From positions 143,176 through 163,175 of the forward strand of contig PS015219.1 of NCBI GenBank assembly GCA_048213135.1: 20,000 nt of DNA, in the 5' to 3' direction. The DNA is from Reclinomonas americana ATCC 50394 (Eukaryota). Both the position numbers and the translations under genes were made by a program. This document shows positions 10,064 to 20,000 of the stretch, one piece after another. How positions within the stretch are numbered: position 1 is the first letter of the stretch; each line of letters opens with the position of its first letter. The notes under the pieces were generated by a model. The model saw only the letters and a program-made list of their open reading frames with translations. It did no database searches and had not been told where the DNA came from.

Positions 10064-13023
10064 TTACAAAGCGTCGAGCGAGAAAAAGTGCACATTCTCC
10101 TTCTTCTCGGCCTTGTCCATTTTCTGCATGCACAATCAATCGTGAGAAGGGAAGGAAGTTACAGGGGACGGAGACTCGAGGGGGCGACGCACTCTTTCCC
10201 TTCTGTCGAGGATGACAATCGGAATGGCCAGCGACACGATCGAGACGAGGACGGCCACAATCACCCACAGAGCGTAGCTTGCAGGCGATAGCAACAAATC
10301 GAGACTCCACCTGCGCACAGACAGCAAGTGAGATATCGAACGAAGCTGATCAGTGTGATTCGACGACGACGAAACCCTGTGGGGTTGTCGAGCGGGTACG
10401 GATAGGCGACGAGCTGTGCATTGGGGATGACACTGGTCCACGTCTGCTGATTCGCAGACTGCCAGACACAATTGGTTGGTAAACAGCAGAATGCATCACT
10501 CCCTTGCATCGCTGCTCACCTGCACCGTAGGAATACCAACAGTCACGTACTCGATGTAGTTGTTGGTGCGCCCGACGCCAAACATGGCCGACGGCGACTG
10601 CAGCACATTGTACGCTGTCTGTGACATGATCGCTCCACTGCCCGTGTACAGCTCGCCACTAATTCCGCGAATGGTGAACTTGCTGTGCGCTCCCAACATG
10701 GGTGCCAGCGGCTGTCACATTGCGTTTGTCAGCGTCGGACGAGGAGGAGCAAGTTGGCGCGCGCGTACACACACACCTTGGGATCGGGGAAGCGCTCCCC
10801 ACTGGGGCACCATCCGGGGCAGACGCCATTGGTGACTGCACGTGGTTGTGAGTGTGACAAAGAGAGGAAACATCATCAACGTGATGGCACGAACCGTAGA
10901 TCTTGAAAAAGAACGCATCGGCGGTGTCTGTGTCGCCGAAGATGCTGATCTGGTTGTTGCCGCAAGCGATAACGTCCAAGGAGCCGATTCCGCGCGGATC
11001 GGCAAATGTCGCCATCGAAATGCCGGCCACAGGCAGCGCCGTGTGCGTCGCCCACTCAAAGCCTCGACCCGAGTACGAGCACGACTGATGCCGAAAAGAG
11101 GACGTGAGTGGGAGAGAAAGAAGAGTGTCATCTCCACGCTCGTGCGTACCGAACAGCTAATGTTGGTAAGGATGCGAGTCGAGTACTGCGCAGTGCCGGT
11201 CTTGGCGCTGATCATCAGATCCTGGAAGCCGTCCAGGTTCAGGTCGCCCGGTCGGATCGTGACGGGGCTGTACACGTCGTCGTTCCACATGGCAAACGAA
11301 GACGGCACCGACATGATGAAGCGATACTGTGACAAAGGAGGGTGAGTTCTCTCGCACGCACCACCCTGCCGACATTTTGCACGACTGCGTTACCGGTGTT
11401 GCACTCCACTCATTCAGCGCGTCAAAGCTGAAGTTGGCATCACTCGTGCACAGTGACGTGTACGACCTACAGCTGCTGCCGGTGCCGCTCTGCACGGCGC
11501 CACACACACCCATCTGCAGACCGCAGTGTCAGGAAACCTGTGAAAAATGCATCATTCGTGTTTCACCGTACCTGCTTGTTGTATGCAACCATGAAGCCAT
11601 TGGTGGTGCTGCAGTCGGGAGCCGGGTGGCACACGGGTATGACGAGATCGAGATTACCGTCCGAGTCTGCACACAGATGGTGAGCGACAGTGCTCCAGAA
11701 CAGCGACATGGATGGGCACTTGCCAATGTCGACGAGGGTCACTTGCTGTGCGCCACTCGGCAGCGCGAGGCGCGAGTGGAAGCGATACACCGCATCCGGT
11801 TCTCCTATCCATATCTCAATGGCAATCGCACGTCGATCGGCACAATCGCCAACTTGCGCTGCGTGCGTCGTGTCAGCATCAGCACCGGCACAATGAAAAC
11901 GTGCCAGTCGCGAACAGACCACACGGGCCCGTGACCGTCAGCACCATGTCGGCTCGACAGTCGCCGTTGATATCCGCAAAGGTGTGCGACGATGGCACCG
12001 ACAGAGCGTACGAGGCGACATTGTCGGCGGGCATCGATCGGAAGAAGGTGCTGAAAGAGCCATCCGACGTGCTGTGTGGCCAACAACGATCAGTCTCTCT
12101 GGTCACACAAAAACACTGCCCATTGCGCCCACGACTCAACGTGGTAAACGTGCGATTCTTGTTGTTGAGCCACATGATACGCTGCAAGGCCGAGTCGAGC
12201 GGACTGCCCAACAGATCCGGGTACGCATCGCCGTTCACATCAACCACCGCCACTTGTCCGTACGATGGTGGAAGCACGAGCGGCGAGGCTGACATGCACG
12301 CACACAGGCGTAGGTGTCGTTAGCAACAAAACGTACGATACACCCTTGGCCACCGCATCGACACGCACTCACCAAACGTGTGAAGATCGCCAAACAACAC
12401 CGTCAGCTTGGTCTCTGCTCGAGATCGCATGCGTGAGTCTCTCTCAAGCGCACACAACTTCGCCGATGAACGCACCTGGCGACGTGGCCATTACGTTCGC
12501 GTCTCGACTCTGCACCAGCACGTCGACGAACCCATCGTGATCAAAGTCGACGACCACCACTCCCACAATCACATCCGTCACATCCGCGGCACTAATGCTC
12601 ACATCCGACACGCGCGAATATGCCTGTTTATCTGTGGCACGTAAAACGGGCAATCGGTGCATGTGTGAGTGCGTGCGAGAGGGAGAGGGCGGATGGGGGA
12701 GAGAGAAGAGCAAGCACACACCGATGGAATAGATGCTGACACTGTGCCCGTCCTCGGCGAGAATAAACAAGTCCAAGCTGCGCAACGCACACTCTCAGCA
12801 ACACTCTCTCGCACTCTCCTGAGGCACACACACACACACGCGCACGCAACTTCTTGTCGTTGTTGTAGTCGGCGGTGGCCACCAACTTGCCGCGCACATT
12901 GGCCAGCCCACTCGACAGCTCTTCCAGCACCTTTTGCGACTGTGCATGCACCACAGTCGCCAGCACGACTATTGCTGCAAGCAGCACCGCGACAGACCAC
13001 GTGTGTGGCCCTCGCCTCCTCAT
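10064..13023 (-). CDS. ITFG1: ITFG1/LINKIN/TIP-like FG-GAP repeat type I membrane protein, about 16 exons
   Basis: Signal peptide (WSVAVLLAAIVVLATVVHA). FG-GAP motifs: ADYNNDK, VDFDHDGFVDVLV, DVNGDAYPDLLG, ADINGDCRADMV, DIDSDGNLDLV, GDLNLDGFQDL. Family C-terminus: SQTAYNVLQSPSAMFGVGRTNNYIE, IPNAQLV, a TM helix, then RERKMDKAEKKENVHFFSLDAL*. Confidence 0.93.
11667..11723 (-). other. GC-AG intron (57 nt) in ITFG1
   Basis: G|GCAAGT donor and TGCAG| acceptor. Removal restores the FG-GAP motif VDIDSDGNLDLV. Confidence 0.8.
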
Positions 13024-13072
13024 TCAAAAACGAACTTGCAATCCGGAGGACAGACAGACACTGTCACACAAG

Positions 13073-16000
13073 ATGTATCAATACTATGAGAGCGAAGACG
13101 GCGATGGTGATGATGCCGTGAGCCTGTGGTCCTCTTCCTCTTTCGCCTCGTCATCGTCATCGTCGGCGGCGGCACTGACCTTTTGTTGCGCACCAAGGGC
13201 GACGTTTCTGTCAAACAGTCTCTGATTGCCTGACATGCATGCACAGATGAGAGCGGTGAGGTGATTGCATCGCCGGCTGCTGCTGCTGCTGCAGAGCCAG
13301 TGTCATCACCGCCGCCACCACCACCACCATTGCGCGAAGAAGAAGCAGAAGATCGACATCGTGATTGGAATGCCGAGTTTCAGGTGGCGTTGGACGCGCT
13401 GCTGGCCGCCGTGCGACCGGTGCAGGCCACTCCCGATGAGCATGTGCGGCGCTTGGCGGCGGTGCATCGTGTGGTGACGGCGTTCCGGGAGGCGGCGCGG
13501 CAGCATGCGCGGACGATTGTGTTGGAGCTGGCGGTGGAGCCACCGGAGGCGCGTTCGATTCCTCCGGCGCGCTCTGTGGGTGGTGTGGCTGGTGGTGTCA
13601 AGGTGCGACGTCGTTTCTCTATTGTTTTCCGGCTTGAAGTGCTGATGGATGGTGCTGATGGAGAGCACAGTACATGGTCGACAACATATTCTTCAAGCTC
13701 GTGCGCGACCACACGGGTATGCTGTATGGCAGTGACCGCGAGGTGAGTGTGGTTGCTGTGCTTACTGTCGCTGAAGTGCTTCCCTGACCATCTCGTGCGT
13801 GTACAGGCCATGAAGGCGGCCAGTCAAGAGATGACTGTTGCGTGTGGACTGGATCGCCTTTGCCCGCATCGACGTGAGACAGTGGACTGACTGCTGCGCG
13901 TGTGCAGGGAATGGCGTCGTACTTGCAGGCTAATGTGTCACGCTTGCGCACGCCCCTCATGACCATGAGTTGCGTGGTGGATGAGGAGCAGGTCTCGTGC
14001 TTGTTTTCTCTGACTCTCTCTCCTGCAGTCGACTTTCTCGGATATCGCATCATTGCATCTACGGTGTTGCCGCTCTCCGGCGACACGCTGGTGTACGGCT
14101 CTGGTGACGGTGGCCGTACGGTGTTGGCCGACCCGGAGGTGTCTGCGTTGATGGAGGAGGCCGCGTGCTCCATCAATCTCAAGCGGCACGGCGCTGGTCG
14201 CGATGGTTCGGATCGTTGCCCGTCAGCGCGCAGTCACTTGCCAACCTTCTGCACAGGTGTTCCACTCTGGGCTCCGTGCGACATTGAAGTGCATCGCGCA
14301 CTCGACGGGCGGTTCTACGTCTTGGACACGGCGTGCGTCATTGGTTTCTTCGCTGCGAATCCATGTTGTTGTTGGCACTCACGCCTCTCGACCACGACAA
14401 CGCAGGCGTGTTTTCCCACCAGTGCCGTCCCTTGACGGAGGTACAGTGCTCCTCTTGTGTGTCTCGTCTCTTGCCGTGCTGACTCTGTGCGGCAGAGAAT
14501 GTGTCTCTGGTGCGTGTGCCAGCGACGGTGACCGACGACGGCCTCGAGGTGCTGCCGTCGGTGCCCAGCCGAGACATCGGTCGCGTGATCAGTGCGCTCT
14601 TTGGTAGCACCGAGCGAGCTGAGCGCGTGGCCGTCACGCGCGACACGCTGGTGTTTTTTGACCGACAGGCTACCGTCAAGGTGAATGCCTACAGCCGTTG
14701 TGCAGCATGGATGCATAGCACGTGCACCTCATGTGTATGTTCTGGTGCAGAACGACCGTGTGGCCACGCTGCTCAACATACCAGCTGAGCATGCAGTGCG
14801 AGGGCTCGCTTTGGTGGTCACTCGGTGAGCACAAGAGTTGGTGCGCCATGCGTAACGGGCGGTAGACTCATACGCTTTCATTTTCAGCAATCCTGGCCAG
14901 CATCTGACCCACTTGTTCCGCCCCGAGTTTGTCAGCTCCAATCCAGTCCCGCTCTCGTCCGATGCCTACACAGGTGCGCGCCCATACCCCTGTGAAAGAG
15001 AGAGAGAGAGTCTGCATGGGCTCAGTCACTATATAATAATAGGCTTCGGTGCACATCAAGCTGCGGAGCACAATGCTGAAGTCGCGGAGGCACGTCGGCG
15101 TTTGCTGGACACGGTGATACCGCAGCTGGTCGCCGATATGGCTTCCGGGCGAGTGTATCCCACCAACAGGTGCGGTGTCTCTCACTCCGTGGAAACAAAA
15201 TCACGTTGCCGACGCATGCCTCCTCCAGCGAACAGCTCCGTGCGGCACTGCATCAACGCGGAGTCAACATGCGCTACATGGGAGTCATTCGCTCCATGCT
15301 GGAACATCCTGTTGGCGCTGACCACCCCATGCGTGTCGAGCTACTCACCGAGATGCTGGCGCGTCTTGCCAAGACCCAGTTGCGAGATGAGCTTCGACGT
15401 GTGCACAGTAGCGACATTCAGGTGTACAGGTGCGTTTGTGTATTCTCTGTGTCTTTCACCTGGCGCAGACGAGCTAAGCTGGACTTCCTCGCATCAGGCG
15501 CCACATTGTTGCGTTTTTCAATCTGATTTTTGGAAGGTCGGCGGCCTCCGACTACATGTGGCAAGGTGCGTAAGACGCAATGTGTGTGTGGCATGTCCCA
15601 CGCATCACTCGCAGCTGAATGCGCATGCTACGTAGAGCGACTCTACTTTGCCGTGCTGGAACGATACGGACGTTTCGGGACGGTGTTCACGGAGCTGGAT
15701 CAGACTCGGCATTTGCATGTCGACATGCGTCTCAACACCAAGGTGGGTGTCGGTGGCGCCTGTTGTGCTTGTTTTGTTGCTGACAGACTGCTGCAGCTGC
15801 CTCGACTGCTGGATGCACTCGAGTACCACTGTGGCGTCGTGTTTTCACATCGTGCACACCAGCTCCTCTCCAGCGTGACGCCAGAGACGCCCACTCCACT
15901 GGCAGAGGAAGGTGTGCGGTCAAGGCGTTCTTTTGGTGTCTCTGTGCGCACGCTCACCGCAGTGTTGCGCAGATTTGCTGTTGGTGGTCCCTCGTGACAA

Positions 16001-18943
16001 GGGCAGCGAGAGGTTCTCTCCGCTGCCACCCCCACGTCTCTGATCGATGCTTCTTAACTAAACAGCATTCCGCCCGCAGATTCTACAGACTGGGTGAGGA
16101 ACTGGCGGCCATCGAGACCGCCATGGGTGTCATGCCGAACCTGGAAGACATTTTGTACATGATGGAGCACCAGGCACCTGGTATGTGTGCGACTCTGTGT
16201 AGTGTGTTGTGTACCTTCTGCGGCTCACTGCGCGAATGTGTGCAGCTCCAGCAGGCGATCTCGTCTCCACCTTCCGCAATCGACATTTGCTGCCGACGCT
16301 GCCGGCCGATGGCGGTGGTCAGGGAGTTGATCCCATGAAAGCTATGATGCGCCAGTCTGCCCGCTCGCTCATCCAGTCGCAGTTGATGGTGCATGCAATG
16401 CATCAGCAAGGTGCGCAATGTGCACATGCTTAAGTGTTCACACAGCGCGCTCACGAACTGACGCGCGCGCGGGGCAGCCTTGCTCACTGTGTTGGGTGGC
16501 AACACGAGCCACCCGGCGGTGTTGCGTTCCAAGATTCGACAGGCGTACCTGCACGAGAGGATCGACGAACTCGACAAGGCAGCTGCGCTGCTGCAAGAGT
16601 GTCTGGCGATCGTGTCAACCGCAGTCTACCTCGGCCCCAATGTGCGTGCAGGCCAAGTTTCTCATTGTTGCGATCTGCAAGCAATCATCGTTCATGTTTT
16701 GTGTGTGCACACAGATGACCGCTGCCTGCTTGTACTCGCTCGGTTGGGTGCTGTACAAAGCCGATCGCCTGAAAGAAGCGGCGCGGTGCTTTGAACTCGG
16801 CATGCACACACTGCACGCGGTGTTCGGCTGTGGCCCCGAGACCTTCCAGGTCGCTCGTGGCAACTGGCAGGCGGAACGCGGGCAGGTACACACCATGGTG
16901 TCGTACATCGGTTAGTTGGATGTTGGTTGCTCCGCGCATATGTTTGCTTCTCGGTGTCCTTGCTTACGATTGTTGTGTATCTTGGTTTGCAGATCGCGAA
17001 AGTCCATTCTTGGTGGCCACGGTGGCGCGTGGCCATCCCATGACCATGTTCTTCATCGATCGATTGACACACATTATGCGTGCTGAGGGCACTGTCGGTG
17101 ACTTTCTCGACCTGGGTCGTACCGCCATGCAGGCGTTTGGTGTGTGGGCGCCACCCCCCGATCCCGCCATTCTCGAGCGGGTATTTGGCGACCGTGTACC
17201 GGCGTTCCTCGTGGAGCTGATTGCGTGCTTCCGGTTCCCGTACGAGCCCATGCAGGCCATTCAACATTTCTCGCACAACTTTTACGATGGCGAGAGGACT
17301 GAAAAGCTGGCGACGATCAGCACGTTTATCCGCGAAATTCAACAGTTTGTAGAGCCTGAGCGACGCTTCGTGAACAACACCACTTTCGTGTGTGTTTTGT
17401 GCAACAGCGTCGCTTACCTGCAACGTGGTGTGCAGTGTTCAGCGACTCACTTGGCGAGTTTATGTGTATTCCCGACGCACCTGTTCTGAATCTCCAATCG
17501 GGACGACCGGGCGAGTCGGTGCTTCCGGAGATTGCGCATGTGTCGGCCGACGAGAATGTGGCCGACAATGTCGATTACTTTGGCCTCTGTTGCGTCTGCC
17601 GACTGCAGTCCATGCTAACCACGTTTTTTTGTTTACAACGTGGTTCGTGCAGCACACCTCACGTTCCGTCGTTACCCCGGCGCCCACCCGGTTTGTTCAT
17701 TATTATTGTCGATCACTTGCTGCTCACCGCGATGTTCGGCTGAATTCGTTGCTGCAGATCGCGCCGCCGCACACGTGGTCGTTCCCTATCGGCACCACCA
17801 TTATCACCTCGGTGTGTACGGAATGCCGTACATCTGTGAGCACCACGGCTACTGTTGCGTCGCCATGCACGTTCCTATCCGCAAACGCTCGTTGTTGATG
17901 ACCACTCGCATTGGTGCAGTACACGTTGAACAAGATGACACTGCAGAGTGTCGAGGAGCGCGATGGCGCATACTGGTGTGTCAAGAAGTTGTCGGGCAGC
18001 ACCTCTGGCGTTACGTATGTCGCAGGCCTGCTGTCGGTACTCGACGGTGAGCACCGGCGTGTTGGCGTGTGTGTGTGACGCATCCACTCGTTATTGACCG
18101 CTGCGTTTCGGTGCAAAAGACGAGCAGCAGTGGCTTGATCCCGCGCACTACACGCTGAGCGAAGACCGCATTTTCAGTCCGGAAGAGGAGATTGCCGCTG
18201 GAGGTGTTCAACGACCATCACAGGCCGTAACCATTCGTACTCCCGACGGCGAGCAAGCATTCATGTGCCAGGTCAGTGAAGGGCGTGGTGCGGAAACCAA
18301 TTGTTGAAACTGATTCATGTTTGTTGTTGTGTCTGCAGTGCGTTGCCTACGACGACGGTCTCAGTCCAGTGGATGCAGAGGGCCGTCCGCAACCCACCTC
18401 CATCATCTCCACCGTCAACGCCGCCGACGGCAACGTGACGAATCGACAGGTGTGCGCACAAGGGTGTGACGGTTGATCCGGTGCCCTCACTGTGGTTCAC
18501 GCAGGTGTGTGGTGTTGCTGGTGACGGCACGAGTTCGAACTCGCGAGAACACTGGCTTGTGCGCGGTTGCTCCTTCCCCGTGTACATTCGCACGGGCAAC
18601 AAAATGGCTGGCACAGGCATCACCAGCGAGTCGGAACTGACCATGGCGAATCTGTGTGAGGAAGTCACTGTGCCGGCCGGCACCTTCAAGTGCGTGCGCT
18701 TGGAGGGGGTGCAGCGTGCGGGTGGTATGATCAGCAAACTGGTGCAGTGTTTCTCGAGTGAGGTTTGGATCGGCTGAGCGTGTGGTACGCACAAAAAACG
18801 AATGTGTCTCACGCCGCCGCCGTGCGTAGGTACCTGGCACGTTGGTGATGATGCAAGTGACAATGACTCCCGTGCCAGGCATGGAGTACATTATGACGAC
18901 GCGACTGGAGCGGGTGACCCTCGGTGGAGCTGGCGATCAGTGA
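13073..18943 (+). CDS. Large Clu-domain (clustered mitochondria/TIF31-like) protein with TPR-like region and C-terminal DUF3108-like beta domain(s), about 30 exons
   Basis: Clu motifs: DWNAEFQ, GGVAGGVK|YMVDNIFFK, AMKAASQE, IDFLGYRIIA, TLVYGSGDGG, DIEVHRALDGRFYVLDTARVFPP, LFRPEFV, PLSSDAY, LHQRGVNMRYMG, EMLARLAK. TPR-like: AALLQECLAI...LGPN|MTAACLYSLGWVLY...EAARCFE. Tail: EEVTVPAGTFKCVRLE. One continuous frame can be spliced to TGA at 18941-18943. Confidence 0.82.
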
Positions 18944-18981
18944 GTGCGTCGAATCAATACAACAATTTGCATGTTATTTTA

Positions 18982-20000
18982 CTACAACAATGGGTGACGG
19001 GGCTGTGGTGCTCGTCGCGCAAATCCTCGCTCGGGTTTCACCACGGGCGGTGGCGGTGGCATTGACGGCAATGCGATGGGTGCCGTCAGAGTAGCCGACA
19101 AGTCCACGTCGTCGCGGTTGTCGACGACTTCGTCCCCATCGGCGTCGTCTGTGCGCGCCGAGTCGAGAGCGATTTCGACATCGCGTGCCGTGGCCATGGC
19201 CGCCACCAGCGGACGCACTGATATGTCCTCGCGACCCGTCAGCAGCGGCGGCAGTGGTGGTCCGCTGGCTCGTNNNNNNNNNNNNNNNNNNNNGGCATGA
19301 CACCCACGTCCACGTCGTTGGCGCTCCACGGCACCAAGCTGAGCGAGTCCGAGGGCGCAAAGGTCGCCATCGGTGGCGTAAACATGGGCGGCAGCAAGGG
19401 CGCCGGCAGTTTGGCAGGAACTCCGGTCTTGCGCGGTGCTCGCTTGATCATCCCGGGGGCAGTCTCGCGCAGAGGCATGGTATCGGGATGGTCACCCTTG
19501 CCGGCGCCCGCGGCCACTTGATATCTCCTGAAATCGCTGCCGACCGCTAGCGAACCGAGCACGCCAGGTGCACGGGCAGATTGAGTCGCCTCCGTGCTGG
19601 GTGGCATGGGCACGGGCACACGATTCAAGGACGGATACATGGCAGGCGGCGCGTACACAACGCCGGTGATGGGCGGCGGCGCCGCCGTCGGCACAATGTT
19701 GACCCACTCCTGCAGGAACGAAGGCGGAATCTCCGGTGGCGGGAACGACGACTGAGTGATGGTCTTCAAAGGTTGCATGCGACGTGCGTTGGGCGTCGGT
19801 CCGTACGCCGTAATGTCTGGCAGGGGGAGAGCAGAGAGAGGGAGTTAGGGAACGAAAAGGAGAGAAACCAACAGGCACATGCGCTCACCAAGCGCATCAC
19901 GATGAACTGCCAGAGTCTCGGAGCGTTCGTTCCACAGCAGCCGTGCTCGCTTCTGCACACGGCTGACCAGGCGCCGAGCGCGCTCCTGGATCCGGTGAAA
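18982..20000 (-). CDS. 3' end of an unknown gene with a Pro-rich, probably disordered C-terminus (partial)
   Basis: ...FHRIQERARRLVSRVQKRARLLWNERSETLAVHRDAL|DITAYGPTP...PPPEIPP...PPPPPVVKPERGFARRAPQPRHPLL*. One GT-AG intron near 19818-19888. The frame across the 20-N gap is not verifiable. Confidence 0.7.
19274..19293. other. Assembly gap (20 N)
   Basis: Run of N within the last exon. Confidence 0.99.

Noticed and set aside
2969-12840. Scattered (TG)n, (CT)n and (CA)n tracts
   Set aside because: Ordinary short intronic microsatellites
16446-16477. In-frame TGA at 16459 suggesting readthrough or selenocysteine in the Clu gene
   Set aside because: It lies in an intron (branch-like ACTGAC); the acceptor at 16477 restores the frame
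19239-19329. Apparent frameshift in the last gene
   Set aside because: It coincides with a 20-N placeholder gap of unknown true length
1-20000. Prokaryotic operon, defence system, CRISPR array, transposon, tRNA/rRNA or pseudogenes
   Set aside because: Fragmented ORFs are explained by spliceosomal introns. No repeat-spacer array, transposase, terminal repeats or structural RNA was recognised.

Overview
Gene-dense, GC-rich, intron-rich eukaryotic (protist-like, possibly amoebozoan; lineage is inference) scaffold with three N gaps. Manual splicing gives eight genes: (-) ubiquitin-like + tandem-GAF signalling protein (runs off the left edge); (+) HOL1/TPMT-type thiol/halide methyltransferase; (+) ARM-repeat + B30.2/SPRY protein; (-) Ubl-fused 3-methyladenine DNA glycosylase (MPG); (-) UTP23; (-) ITFG1/LINKIN; (+) large Clu-domain/TPR protein with a bacterial-like C-terminal domain; (-) 3' end of a Pro-rich unknown gene. 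The most striking signal is in the splicing code. Of about 79 hand-inferred introns, about 17 use a +1-shifted donor GTT(G/A)(C/A)G, and all 17 follow an exon ending in a non-G base. The window also has a U12-type AT-AC intron, a GC-AG intron and a 6-nt microexon. Distances between adjacent coding sequences are only 38-179 nt. All gene models are manual and unverified by transcripts.
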